64,000 nt of DNA from Eledone cirrhosa (lineage: Eukaryota), in contig OZ024743.1 of the NCBI GenBank assembly GCA_964016885.1, positions 337,900,001-337,964,000 on the forward strand, in the 5' to 3' direction. The notes below the pieces were generated by a model. The model worked only from the letters and a program-made list of their open reading frames with translations. It did not search any database and was not told the DNA's origin. The position numbers and the translations under genes are program-made. Shown piece by piece: positions 1 to 15,524 of the stretch. Position 1 is the first letter of the stretch. Each line of letters begins with the position of its first letter.

Positions 1-14
1 ATATATATATATAT

Positions 15-169
15 AACGAAGGAAGTGTGGTAAGGAACCAGGTGGACCATAATGCACCAGAGTACTCGATACTTAGGGTAGTTGAGTGAGTAATAGGAAA
101 ATGTTCAAGACCCCGACGGCAGAACTACCCGTCGAAATGGCTTGAGCTCTGCGGTCGGGGTCTTGAATA

Positions 170-175
<6 letters not shown>
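15..175. mobile_element. Short fold-back PLE remnant, family A (tail plus 3' half of HHR)
   Basis: Inverted repeat aggaaaatgttcaagaccccgacggcaga / tctgcggtcggggtcttgaatattttcct, flanked by (TA)n/(TC)n. The core gaccccgacggc..gagctcaagccgtttcgac matches the 3' end of the PLE at 42058-45433. Related copies at ~1815-2000, 2226-2340, 6882-7040, 33465-33620, 63845-64000. Confidence 0.75.
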
Positions 176-266
<91 letters not shown>

Positions 267-862
267 ATCACTGATGAGGGACTCATTTTATAACATGTTA
301 TCCATGTGCAACCATGCAGTATTCTTCTCCCCATATTTTTCACATATATTTACCTAAACTGCGATTCTGTGTTTTTCTCTCTCTCTCTCTTACTGCTCCC
401 TCGTTCTCTCTGTTTCTCTTACTTTCTTTCGTCCCCTCTGTCATGTCAGTTAACACATACTCTCTACTGACCTCTTCCTCGCACTTCCACTCACTCACTC
501 ACTGTTTCTCCCCTTCTCACTTCCCCCCGTTCGCTACGAAAACGATTCTCCTTCTTTCTTACATCGGATTCATCGCGAAAGGTCTATTTCTTACTCGCTC
601 ATATATTCACCCAGCTTATACTGATAGAATAACCATGTAGCTTGTGTTTCTTCCTATCTTCGGTTAGCTTTTCTCTATGTTGTTTACTTGTTTCACTCGC
701 TTTACGCGTTTTAATTGTCCTAATAACTTATTTTAGTTATTATTGCACCAACGTGAGGTATATGATTTTTAATGCAATGAAATACCAATGACCGTTGGCA
801 AATCACTGATGAGGGACTCATTTTATAACATGTTATCCATGCAGTATTCTTCTCCCCATATT

Positions 863-975
<113 letters not shown>

Positions 976-1482
976 TCAGGTCACTCTTGAGTATAACCTG
1001 TCTCATGGTCGGGTCGTCGGCGACTAAAGCGGCAACCCCACCAAGCTAGCTTGGTAAAGTGGGTGATATTTGGACACCCCACGGGATGAAATACAAGACC
1101 CGGCAAAGGGCGGAGGAACTCGGCAGAGTCAACGACCATCCAAATAGTACTTTTTTTCTACCTGGGAGTGAAAGGCCCCCAGTTGTTGTCACAACATCTA
1201 AGAGAGGGAAACTCTGAAAAAAAACCCTGCGGCTTGGGAAGCATCCGATGATGTTGACAAGTTCTCCTTTTCGGGTAGTGTTTTCGATACTCAGAGAGTG
1301 GGATAGGTCGAGTGCAAGGCCTTTCCCCTCTTAAAAAATCTTCAAAGCACAGGCATTGCTTGTTCAGGATCTGTCACAGGTTCCTGTGGCTGACCATAGC
1401 CTAAAAGTGCATAATTTTCTGTAATCTGACAAGCGATTGCAGTACTCTTAGCAGAGTTTGCAGCCATCATCTATGTATGTAT

Positions 1483-1520
<38 letters not shown>

Positions 1521-1605
1521 ATGTATACGGAATAAAGCGATACAAAAGGAACAAACAAAAAGAACAAAGTGAGGGTGTTATATTTAGAAATGTATTGATC
1601 AATCT

Positions 1606-1691
1606 TGGTTACAATTGTTTCATAAACTGTCGGCTCATGATCTGAGTTGATGTTCCAGACCAGATTCTAAATCTGCCTGATCCTCAGACCA
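1606..1691 (-). ncRNA. Putative type I hammerhead ribozyme with long stem II
   Basis: Minus strand tggt-CUGAGGA-(~58 nt)-GAAA-caauug-UA-acca. Palindromic stem III (ACAAUUGU) and 4-bp stem I; stem II pairing is unclear. Confidence 0.45.
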
Positions 1692-1999
1692 GTGCTATCA
1701 TAACAAAATCCACATCAGATCTGTGAACAAACCAGCCAGTCACAAACAAGTATACAGAATGTCCAATCATGGGCCTAGAATTTTGCCCCTATATATGTAT
1801 TAATAAATATATTCTAAAAAGTCGAGACTCAACTGCTGAGCTCTTGTCGTTTCAACAGCTAGTTCCGGAACTAGCTGTTGAAACGGCAAGAGCTCAGCCG
1901 TCGGGGTCCCGACTCCTTATAATATAGCCATACTCTACTACACCAAGTATTGAGTATTCTGTTGAGTAATGGTCTAACGAGTTCCAAACTGGTTTAATT

Positions 2000-2049
<50 letters not shown>

Positions 2050-2051
<2 letters not shown>

Positions 2052-2204
2052 CTCGGAAATCTCTTCCTACCCACTTTTTTCTTGATGAAGGGCTTATGCC
2101 CGAAACGTCGTCGGCACCCCCACCCCCACACTCTCAAAAGCGTGAACCTAATAAACTCTTATTTGTACTGCCTCTCTGTTTTTGTTCCCGTCTAAGATTT
2201 AACT
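2050..2204 (+). mobile_element. 3'-terminal fragment of the Neptune-like PLE family seen at 30401-32707
   Basis: tgatgaagggcttatgcccgaaacg...aataaact..atttgtactgcctctctgtttttgttcccgtc matches the reverse complement of 30401-30530; inserted in (TA)n. Confidence 0.8.
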
Positions 2205-2336
2205 ATATATATATATATATATATATAGGAAAAAGTATGACCCCGACGGCAGAGCTCAAGCCGTTTCGACGGCCATTTCTGGACTAAATTAGAACTTTTA
2301 GTCTGGTTTATCTGGTCCCTTACCACAACTCCTTCG

Positions 2337-2444
<108 letters not shown>

Positions 2445-2516
2445 ATACTGTATATATAAAATAAGGTGTCGGTAAACAACCAACATATACTCAAAATCTC
2501 TCTCTATATATATATA

Positions 2517-3107
2517 CTAGCTGTTTAACCCGGTTTTACCTAGGAGATTTGGTTCACTGATAAGAATTCAACTTCTTTTCTCCACCAAGAAACCAACAAA
2601 AATCACAAAAAGGGACCACGAAAAACAAAAAATATTAAGAATAACAATCCGAAATCCTAATAAATTTACTGTCAAATAAGGTTGAAAACAGAAATATGAT
2701 TTTGAAGTGAAAAACGAACCACCGGAATGCCACACATTTAAACTGCTTATTGTAGTTAAATAAACTAATGAAATGCAAAATATACTTTATTAATTTGAAT
2801 GTGTTGTTTATGCAGTAGAAGTCTGCTTAGAACGTGCAAAACATCAAATCTCGTAATCGAGTGTTCACGATACTGACGTGACGTTGAAAGTCGGCTTTCC
2901 CTTGGCTAGCGTTTCCTAGTAAAATAAAGACAAAATGGTCTTTCTCCGTAACCATAGAAGCTTGTAGCTTGGAAGTCGACCCAACGCCTCCTCAGGTCAT
3001 TCTGCATAACTGTGTAAATTTTCGCTGCATTCCACAAAGCCGTTTCGACGTTTATCCGACTACACCTACATATACAACGTCCAACCACTTGCAATTTATA
3101 TAGTAGA
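2517..3107 (-). mobile_element. Non-autonomous Helitron-like element
   Basis: Minus strand starts TCTACTATATAAA and ends ccgggttaaacagCTAG with a short subterminal GC-rich segment; no ORF. Confidence 0.5.
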
Positions 3108-3123
3108 TATAATTGCGTATATA

Positions 3124-4025
3124 TCTATATATATATAAAACTGAGGATGTCTGTGTGTGTGTGAGTTTGAATCCCTAAAACTCGAGAACCAATCAACCGA
3201 CTGTTTTCAAACTTTACACACGTAAAACTTATGTTTCAGGGAGTGTTCTGAGCAAATTTTCAATGCCCTAGGGACCACATTAGGCGATTTAGCGATCTCT
3301 CTCTATAATTCTTAGTCTTTCTCTTTTTAGATAGATACATACATATAACGTTGCGCCCTTATAATATCTGTCTGTATGTCTGACTGTCAGCATTACGTCA
3401 CTTCCCTGAGGATGTCTGTGTGTGTGTGTGTGTCTGTGAGTTTGAATCCCTAAAACTCGAGAAGTACCCAACCGACTTTTTTCAAACTTTACATGTGTAT
3501 TACTTATGTTTCAGGGAATGTTATGCACATAAAAAATTCTACTCTTTGATCCCCCTAGGGCCCGCATTAGTTGAAAAACTGCGTTTTTTCAGGTTTTTAG
3601 GGCTTTTTGAGACGTTACATCAGACTAATTTCCTTGAAATTGTAACTATGTATTAGCCAGTCTCTTCTTCATACCATGAGCAAAGAAAATCTAACTTTTT
3701 TAGGGCCTAGGGCCCGCATTAGATGAAAAACTTCATTTTTTCAGCTTTTTAGGGCTTTTTTGAGGCGTTACGTCTAGCCGTTTTTCCCGAAATTTCAAGG
3801 CATATTATGCACATAAAAAAATTCATTTTCTTGATCCCCTGGGGTCCGCATTAGGTGAAAACCTGCATTTTTCCTGCTTCATCGAGGAAAATCTTAAAGA
3901 TTATCCAGCCATCATAGTATTCAGTTTATTTTCTTTACATATTGTCCAGGCATGCAGTTTTTCCACGATTAGGTCTGTTGGCGGATCGCGTTCCAAAATA
4001 CCTTATCCCGTGCAACGCCGGGTAT
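3124..4025 (+). mobile_element. Non-autonomous Helitron-like element
   Basis: Starts TCTATATATATATAAAACTGAGGATGTCTG(TG)n, internal duplication (~3141 and ~3408), 3' hairpin cccg-tgcaacgc-cggg at 4007-4022. Confidence 0.5.
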
Positions 4026-4135
4026 ATATATATAATTGCTTCGAAATCACTAGACGTATCTGGGGAACTTGCGAATCCAGATTCAGGTTCGATACACAAA
4101 CATTGTGTTCCGATGCATCACTGATTCTTCGTTTT

Positions 4136-6466
<2,331 letters not shown>

Positions 6467-7039
6467 TACATATATTTATATATATGACACATATGTACGC
6501 GTGCCTCTGCCTACATGAGTGTGTCAGTGTTACGGTATTTCAAATTCATCGTTTCCTACACACACACCAAACACGAATCAGCATCACATTCCTCCGCCTC
6601 CGCCTCCTTCCACAACTAACCATTATCACCATCATCATCCTCATCACCATCATCATTGCTCAGATTTCCCTTTTAATTGTTTAGAATCGTACTGAGAAGA
6701 AAATAACTGCTATCCACTTTCACAGTTAATCAAACAAGTGCATGGGAAGCCTTCCATTCCATCAACCCGTTACACACTTATTTATACATATATACATACA
6801 TACATACATACACACATATATATTGTATATATATATATATATACCTATATATATATGTGTGTATGTATGTATATATATATATAGGAAAAAGTAGGACCCC
6901 GACGGCAGAGCTCAAGCCGTTTCGACGGCTATTTCTGGACTAAATTAGAATTTTTAGTCCAGAAATAGCCGTCGAAACGGATTGAGCTCTGCCGTCTGGT
7001 GCGTTATGGTCCTTCTGGTTCCTTACCACAATTCCTTTG

Positions 7040-7149
<110 letters not shown>

Positions 7150-7268
7150 TCACATATATATATATATATATGTATGTGTATATATATATCATGTAAATCC
7201 ATGTGCACCCATGCAGTATTCTTCTCCCCCCATATTTTTCATATATATATATATATATATACACACAC

Positions 7269-7300
<32 letters not shown>

Positions 7301-7454
7301 ACATAGAGACATACAAAGAGAGAGGGGGAGAGAGGGGGTAGAAAGGTGTAAGTATACAGTATAGAGAATCAACTTTACCATTCTCAGGTGATATAATTAC
7401 TGTTGAGTCATACATATGTTATGGTAGGTCTTTCGTCATATAGATTTAGCTGTA

Positions 7455-7905
7455 CTTTCTCTCTCTCTCTCTCTCTCTCTTCCTCTCTTTCTTCCTTTCT
7501 TACTCTCTCTCTCTATCTCTCTCTTCCTCTCTTACTGTCTCTCTCTCTCTTCCTCTCTTACTGTCTCTCTCTCTCTTCCCTTCTCTCTCTCTCTTCCTCT
7601 CTTTCGTTCCCTCTCCCATCATTCTTCTTCTCTTTCTATCTCTTTCTTACTTTCTCTCTCTCTTTCTTTCTTTTTGTTCCTCTCTTTCTTTCACTCTCTT
7701 TTCCTCTCTTTCGTTCTCTCTTTCTTCCTCTCTTTCTCCCTCTTTATTCCTCTCTCTCTCTTTCTCTTTCTTTTTATTCCTCTCTTTCTTTCTCTCTCCC
7801 TTTCTTCCTCTCTTTCTTTCTCTCTCTCTTTGTTTCTCTCTCTTTCTTCTTCTCTCTCTCTTCCTCTCATTCTCCCCCCCTCCTCTCTCTCTCATTCACT
7901 CTCAT
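7455..7905. repeat. (CT)-rich polypyrimidine low-complexity tract
   Basis: ~450 nt almost entirely C/T; it explains the Ser/Leu and Arg/Glu ORFs. Confidence 0.9.
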
Positions 7906-8119
7906 TTCACCGAAATACAAAGACAAACATGAGAAATAACTGAGGGCCTGCAAGATGAAAGATAAATGAAGGAAAGATTCGTCGATAGATCGATAGATCG
8001 ATAGATAATTAGACAGTTATATAGACATGCTAACAATAATTTAGCCGAAATTCTCAAACCCGAAAAATCACTGAATTTAGGATTATTTTCAAAATGCAAA
8101 CGAATGGAATATTAATGTT

Positions 8120-8315
8120 AGTAACGGTAGAGCGTCGGTCACCATGCTTTATAGCATAGAGTTACAGCTCTTTACGTTCTAAGATCAAATCCCGCCGAGG
8201 TTAGCTTTCCTTTTCATCCTTAGGGGGTCGATAAAAATAAACTACCAGTAATTCACTGGGCCGATTTAATCGACTTTCTCTTCCCTTCAAATTGCTGGCC
8301 TTGTGCCAAAAGTAT
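8120..8315 (+). mobile_element. tRNA-derived SINE, high-copy family
   Basis: B-box-like g(a/t)tcaaatcc followed by the conserved cgccgaggtta.cttt.cctttcatcctt..ggggtcgataaaa..aa.taccagt core; more than 15 copies in the window. Confidence 0.75.
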
Positions 8316-8581
8316 AAATAATAATTATAATATTGTTATTCACTCACGAATGATTTGAAACACATTATCAGTTTATGTCATAAGAAATATGGTAACGAAA
8401 GGGTTAAAAGTTCATTTCACACATGTCACCGTTTTTTAATGTGGCATTTTAGGTCATGGGAGCGAATTAACAGATTCATTAGAGAGTCAGATTAAATGAG
8501 AGGCGGTGAATTGGTAGAGGCAGGAGATCGGCGGAGAGAGAGTGAGAGAGAGAGAGGGTGTGTCTGTGTGTGTGAGAGAGA

Positions 8582-8628
<47 letters not shown>

Positions 8629-9529
8629 TGTGTGAGAGAGAAAGAGAGAGAGACAGAGAGAGAGGTGAGAAAACGATATAGTGGAAGATGACCCCAGTAC
8701 TAGACTGGTAATTCTCTTATCGACCTCGAATGGAAGGAAGACAAAGCTGACTTCGGCGGGATTTGAACTCAGATAGTGCAGTTTCAGAACGGAAACTGCA
8801 AAGTATTTTATCTTACTTTCTAAAGATTGAGGTCAATTCTCCCCCTCAGATATTAAATGCTATTTGCTCATTCTTTGGGATTTCAATCCTAACTACAATA
8901 CCCCGACACCCAACATCGAGGTCGAAACCCAACGGGGTCCTTAACTTCTGATGGTGTCCTAAGGTTGTCACCGTAACATAAGATGTATCTTGTGTATTAA
9001 AAAAAAAAATCTGTTGAAGCCCATTCGCTTTTCGGGGCAGAGTATAACTGATTTTTTGCAGAGAAAGGGGGCGAAAGAAAGTGAGAAAAGAAGATAGAAG
9101 AATCAACTCCAGCACTAATCTGGTACTTTTTTTATCGGCATCAAAAGGGTGAAAGAGAAAGAATTGAAGTGAAAGTACAGAAAGCGGGAATGAATCATTC
9201 AATCCGACCTTTTAATGACTCTGACAATTCGCTGTCTCGCTTTCATATGCCTATTTATAATCATTTCCCCACCCTACACAAGAACAAATGAACACAATAG
9301 AATAACAGCAATGCATTGAAAGCATGTTTCCTCCTCTCATCTCGTAAATATTCCTCAAGTACAGCATGAGATTATTTTCATGAAAAGTTCACAAAGTATA
9401 GGAAGTATGTGTATTTCTTTTGTTTTTATTAATAAATGTATACATAAGCTTAGATATATTTTCATGTCTCGTATCCTGCATATATTACACATGCGCGCGC
9501 GCGCACACACACAGACACACATACAAACA

Positions 9530-9566
<37 letters not shown>

Positions 9567-9621
9567 CGTTTCTGAATTTGTTTAGCAAGATTCTTTATCT
9601 GAAATCGTGTGTTGAAACCGA

Positions 9622-10133
9622 TATTGTTATACTTTGGGAGGGTCATGTTGCCAATAAGAAACACACGCACCAGTTGCTTTCACTTCAATTTATTATATAT
9701 TTATAAATTTACAAATTTATAAATCTATAAATTTCTGGTTGGTTGGTTGGTTCCACAACCAGATAGTTGTTTATATATAGTCATAGTCCTTCCGTCACAC
9801 ACTCTGTGACCTCTTCAGTGACTGGGGATTCCTTTCTTTGTTTCTGTGCCTCTCCTTTGTTCTGTCCTACGCCATTTTGTTTCTGTGTGGCGTAGGACAG
9901 AACAAAGGAGAGGCACAGAAACAAAGAAAGGAATCCCCAGTCACTGAAGAGGTCACAGAGTGTGTGACGAAAGGACTATGACTATATATAAACAACTATC
10001 TGGTTGTAGAACCAACCAACCAACCACAAATTTATAGATTTATAAATTTGTAAATTTATAAATATATAATAAATTGAAGTGAAAGCAACTGGTGCGTGTG
10101 TTTCTTATTGGCAACATGACCCTCCCAAAGTAT

Positions 10134-10138
<5 letters not shown>
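9622..10138. mobile_element. ~255-bp-arm palindrome formed by two head-to-head 3' ends (pLTR) of the PLE at 49144-49778
   Basis: Near-perfect inverted repeat centred ~9880; the arm matches 49144-49380; HHR-like motif agtca-CTGAAGA-ggtcacagagtgtgtgac-GAAA-ggac-TA-tgact at 9939-9983. Confidence 0.8.
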
Positions 10139-10175
<37 letters not shown>

Positions 10176-10562
10176 TATCTATATATATATATAAAACGGA
10201 AGATGTTTGTCTGTGTGTGTGTGTATGATTTTTATGCATTTCCACATTTCTCTACCGATTTTGATGATTTTTTTTCAAGTTTATCAAGGATGGTCAACGC
10301 GTAATAAACTTTGCCAAAAATGTCCTGCTTCTATGAAAAGAAATCGATAAAACTAAATACATGCTGTAACCCTCTCTCTTACACGCTTAATTCCTCTCAC
10401 TCCTACCCTCAAAAATCTATGAAACTACATACATGTTGCAACTCTCTCTATATATATATCACACACACACCTAAAGAGAGAAAGGGAGATGTAGAGAGAG
10501 AGAGAGAGATAGGTCGTTATACAGAGAGAGGTACAAGATAATCAGATAGAAAGAGATAGATA

Positions 10563-10596
<34 letters not shown>

Positions 10597-10613
10597 TTAG
10601 CGACGAACGCTGG

Positions 10614-10696
<83 letters not shown>

Positions 10697-10843
10697 CACA
10701 CACAATACATATATATATAAAGACAGAGAGAGAGAGATCTGCGCGTTCTTTATTGTTCTCCATTCTGTAGAGGAAGAGAGAGAGAGAGAGAAAGAGAAAG
10801 AGAGGGTATGAGAAAAAAGGGAGAGGGGTTGAGAAAGAAAGAA

Positions 10844-11150
10844 AGTTTAAGCAAAGAATCGCTGCTTTCGCCCTTAACGGGATCTTCTTAAACTAAAAAA
10901 TTCAATCTGTGAACGCAGAATTAAATATTTAGAGAAACGTTGCAACCGAAGGAAAACAGGAAGACGATATTTTGGTTCGTGAAGACGTTCCGTGGTAATG
11001 AACGGAAAAAAAGCGAGGATAATACGTCGTTATGTGGAGCGAGAAGAACAATTTCATGCAAAGACGAGACCAAGTTTATGGTATAAATGGAGTCGTTAGA
11101 CTAATATTCTATTTAAAATAACCGAATGATTTCCAGCCCCGGAGTTTAAG
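10844..11150 (-). mobile_element. Diverged pLTR fragment of PLE1 family (family B)
   Basis: Clear similarity to 12418-12690 (aaagtttaagcaaagaatcgctgctttc.cccttaacgggatcttc...). Confidence 0.75.
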
Positions 11151-11199
11151 AATGATGTAAATAAAATTGTAAACGAAAATGACAGAGTTTATTAAAATA

Positions 11200-11312
11200 G
11201 TTGTTTCTACTTTTGGCACAAGGCCAGCAATTACCCAGTACATTAATGGTACTTTATTTTATCGACCCCGTAAGGATAAAAGGCAAAGTTAACCTCGACG
11301 GGATTTTAACTT
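11200..11312 (-). mobile_element. SINE, partial
   Basis: Reverse complement of the SINE core (ttttatcgaccccgtaaggataaaaggcaaagttaacctcg). Confidence 0.7.
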
Positions 11313-12312
11313 TGACTTAAAATAGTAAAAGTAAATAGTGAAGATTTAGGCAAGTACATACGTATGCGCCGACGAACATACACATACATATACATACGCA
11401 CACACAAATACATACACACACACACAAACACACACGCGCGCGCGCGCGTATGTAAACCTCATGCATTTTTACAGTATTTTCACCAAACTGAAAACATAGG
11501 TTACTTATGTATTCCGGATGGTCATGGGCACTTTCATTTTTCCAGATATTGATTATAGGGCCTCCCGGCAGATAACCTCCTTGGAGTCGACTGAAGCACT
11601 GCAGTGCAATGCAACAAAACGTCATAAATTCTTGAGTTCACAACTGATTTTCACAAAACTTGACACATGGACTGTTTGTTCTACAGATGAATGTGAAAGG
11701 AACTTAACATTGTGACTTTAACACAGCTACTGAGCAGCCCCGAACAACGCCGGGCTTTAATGCTATATGCGATAAAGTTGTGCAGACAGACAGTCGCGCA
11801 GAGAGGTGATATAGGCGATAAAGTTGTGCAGACAGACAGTCGGGCTGATAGGCGATAAAGTTGTGCAGACAGACAGTCGTGCAGAGAGGTGATAAAATTG
11901 CATTTTTTTTTTTGTTTTTCATGTCCATCCAATTTCTTTGTTTCAAAATAACTGATATTTTGGTTACGCTGATGTTTTTCTCTGAGACAAGTGTTGCAGT
12001 GTTTACATTTTCGATTTTTGTTAATAGATTACCAGTTCAGTTTTTATCTCCAGCATCCTCTTTTGTTTTAACATTCGAGTTATGGTTATGTTTTCTTAAC
12101 TTCATAAGGCACACTGTTGGTTGAGGGAATATTAATCAAAAGTACCACATGAAAGTCTACACTGTAGACTCGACAGTTTTTAAGCCAAGAAAGGAACTTA
12201 ACATTGTAACATTAACACAGCTACTGAGCAGCCCCGAGCAACGCCGGGCTTTACTGCTAGTATATTATATATTCATATATATATTACGTATATATATATG
12301 AATATATATATA

Positions 12313-12403
<91 letters not shown>

Positions 12404-12419
12404 TAAAATAACAGATTAA

Positions 12420-12470
12420 AGTTTAAGCAAAGAATCGCTGCTTTCACCCTTAACGGGATCTTCTGAAACT
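12420..12470 (-). ncRNA. Type I hammerhead-like motif with U4A core (CAGAAGA) in the PLE1 pLTR
   Basis: aguuu-CAGAAGA-ucccguuaagggu-GAAA-gca-gcgauucuu-ugc-UU-aaacu; all three stems pair. Copies at 15678-15728, ~28525, ~29038, ~54124 (CAGAUGA). Confidence 0.65.
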
Positions 12471-13394
12471 AACAAAGTCAATCTGTAAACGCAGAACTGG
12501 ATATTTCAAAAAACGTTGCAACCGGAGGAAGACAGGAAGACGATACTTTGGTTCATGGTGACGTTCGCTGGCAAAGAATGGGGAAAAAAAACGAATAATA
12601 CGTCATTAATAGGAGCGGTGAAAAACAATTACGTGCAAGGACAGAACCACGTTTATGGTATAAAAGAGGTCGTAGACTAATGTTCTCTAAGTGGTGCATA
12701 GAGACGTTCTCTGGCAATGAACGAAAAAACGAAGATAATAAGTCATATGTGGAGCGTGGAGAACAATAGCGTGCAAAGACAAAACCACGTAAATGGTATA
12801 GCAGAAGTCGTAGACTAAAATTCTAACTAGGAGACCGAATGAATCTCCGCTACAGAGTTAAGAACAAAGTAAATAAATACATTACAGAAGTAATAGGAAC
12901 AAATAAATACATACACGCAAACAGATACGTACATACACAAGCATACGCAAAACCTTACCATAGGTATACAAAACCACGCACATATATGTGTATGTGTGTA
13001 TGCTTGTGTACAAATAAATAAATAATTATATAAACGTATATAAGTAAATAAATACGTATATAACAAGCGCACACACATACCTACACATAAATACACGAAG
13101 GTTCGGAGACGTAAGTCAACTAAAACAAGAAGTACACATATACACACACCCACCATACGTACGAACCTGCATACTCACGCAGACGCAAAACTCCCATATA
13201 CACATAACCAAGCCCTAAATACCAGAATATGTAAAAATTATACGCCAAAACAGTCAAATATACGTACGAGAAGGTATACATACCTTCACAAAACATACGG
13301 GTAATATATACTTACCTATGCAAAAAGTAAAGGAATAAACAAAACATATACTTAGCTCCCACATCAAGACGAAAATATCCACGTATAGATCGTG

Positions 13395-15524
13395 CTATCC
13401 GTTAGGGTATAACGTAGGGCTGTAATACAGGAAAGTTTTGTGCAATTTATGTTTACAAGCCGAAATTGCCTCAGATTTTTTGTTTAAGATGTGGTCTGTG
13501 GCGTAGAGTATTTCCAGGGCCTCAGCGGCGCAGAGGTCACATGGTCTTTTATTTCCGTTATACGATCTAGCCCTAGCTAGGATCTCCCAGTGTAACTTAT
13601 ATTGGGTGTGGTTGTCTTTTAGACTCCAGATATAAGCTGAAAGTGACGTCATATTCCTTCTTAGAGGGTAACGAAAAGAATGGGTATGCATGTAAAGACG
13701 CTGCTTGAAACTATTGGCGGTTAACCCTATGTAGGCCCTACGGGACGTGGGTGTTACAACCTTACATTTGTAGACAATGTTACTAGAGAGGCATTTCCCG
13801 GATAGGGGACAATCAGCCCGATTCCTACAATTACAGTTAGTACTAACTACAGGGTTGCACGTGTTCCTACGGCTAGGTATTTTAGCTAAATTTGAAGCTG
13901 TGATGTTATGTGCAAGGTTAGGAGTCGTTGAGTAAGAAATTTTAATAGTGTTTCTATTAAAAATTTTACTATATTTATGTGTAGGGGGAAAATGCTTCGT
14001 AATAAGGGAAAGAAAGATCTTAGCTAATGGTGTGGCCACCTCCATATTATATGGTGGGTTAAACCAACAAATGCGACGGGATCTATTTCTTCTAGGTCTA
14101 TTCTCGTACTCTGTATATGCTACCTTATCGACAAATCCACTTCGAGCAAGAGCTTCATTGTAATAAGTGGAATGGTCGTTGAAAATGCGCTCGTTGGTGG
14201 AAAGACGGGAAAGCCTCAACGAAACGTTTTTTACCAGGTTCTTGGTTATGCTGGCAGGATGGTTGGAATGCTTACTTATGTAATTAAGCGTATCATTCGG
14301 CTTTCTATACGGGTAATGCAACCCATTCAATAAATTGAGGGTAACGTCGAGGTAATTAACGACCGAGAGATTGGCCTCAACCTGTATAGAGAGGTTGAAG
14401 CCTTTAAAGAAGGCTGTGAGTTCTTTTCTGAATCTGTCGCAAGCACGAGGTCCGCACTTAGTCATGGTCAAAAGGCCATCGTCACGGTACAAACCACCGC
14501 CCGCGTTGGGGAATTCGTCCTTGATAGAGAAAAGAAGGAAAAGGCCAATAAGATCAGTAACCTCCGCAGAGTCACTGGCGCCCATACTCACGTCGAATGG
14601 GGTACTATTGGATTTTTTAATCCAAATAGAATCGTGGAAATTAATCACCGACTTTCGGGCATTAAGGATGACATCAACTTCGAAATCCTTAACCACTGTG
14701 AGTGTTTTAGCGAAATTGATAGCTCTAAGGAGAAGTGGTAAAGTGATGGAGGAGTAGTAATTGTTGATGTCGAATTGGATAAAACGGCAATGTTCCTTGT
14801 TACATATGCCGTTGAACCAATCAATCACCGCGAAAGAATTGTTCCACAGTGCGAGAGGGGCCAAATTTCTAATTTCAGGTATAATTCTATCAAGAATCGT
14901 TTTACTAAGTCTATCTAAATCGGACTTCGTAGGGTTAATAAGCCGAATAGAGGGGTTGTTCGGAAAATTGGATTTGTGGTCCTTCAGGGTAAAGTGGGGA
15001 GAGATAGGGTCCAGGGGTTCGGTCCGGTCCAGGATGTTGAGATCAGATGTGATTTTAAACCCAGCATCGTTGATTTCATTGATGACACACCGATTAGTTT
15101 TACGGTAATCCTTAGTAACAGCATTATGTAGTAGTTGATGGTAAGTACTGCGCTCCACTTGATATAGGTTGCCAGTTTTGTCGGAATGGACGTGCACGGC
15201 GTTCGAATCCTTAATAGAACGAATTCTATTCTTCAGGTCTTGCTGGAAGGAATTGCTCCTATTCCGAAATTTGATACTCCGAATGAGTTCCAAGACATCA
15301 TTTTCGAAGGGTAGCAATGCTGGGTTCCACGGAGGGTTATTATAGGTTTTAAATCCAAATTTGTCCTGCTTGTTGTCTGCTTTTCGCGGATTATCGAACT
15401 AAAAGGCACGCCAACGCAACCTTTTAATGAACGCGTCTGTTTTCTGTATCAGGAGTTTTACGTATGTTTTCCTGCTTGGTACGGGTATGTTCTTTGTAGA
15501 AATATTCAGATGTTGTTTCTGCAT
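13395..15524 (-). pseudogene. PLE reverse transcriptase plus C-terminal GIY-YIG endonuclease; 709 codons with one in-frame TAG at codon 42 (15399-15401)
   Basis: ATG at 15524 gives MQKQHLNISTKNIPVP..KRLRWRAF*FD, in frame with the 640-aa ORF. Motifs SDKTGN, QFDINNYYSSI, FDVSMGA, LYRDDGL, YLDVTL, YPYRKPND, CNCx5CPLxGxC linker, IVY..YIG..FKQR..H, CDLC..E..LN...C.H. Confidence 0.92.

Larger units (their letters stand above)
10178..12260 (+). mobile_element. Helitron-like non-autonomous element(s) with nested inserts
   Basis: 5' TCTATATATATATATAAAACGG at 10178; 3' hairpin gccc-cgagcaacgcc-gggc then CTAG at 12257-12260; 3' end duplicated at ~11696-11765; internal minisatellite 11768-11897. That the two ends belong to one element is uncertain. 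Confidence 0.4.

Noticed and set aside
11768-11897. Short repeats with variable intervening sequence resembling a CRISPR array
   Set aside because: Eukaryotic context, the spacers are themselves repeated, no cas genes; it is a minisatellite inside a Helitron-like element.
13948-15108. Plus-strand ORFs overlapping PLE1
   Set aside because: Antisense shadows of the RT/EN frame with no independent motifs.
15399-15401. Programmed recoding (e.g. selenocysteine as in Naiad PLEs) of the internal stop in PLE1
   Set aside because: The codon is TAG, not TGA; it aligns to an aromatic residue, not Cys; and the domain order is RT-EN rather than Naiad EN-RT. A point mutation is simpler.
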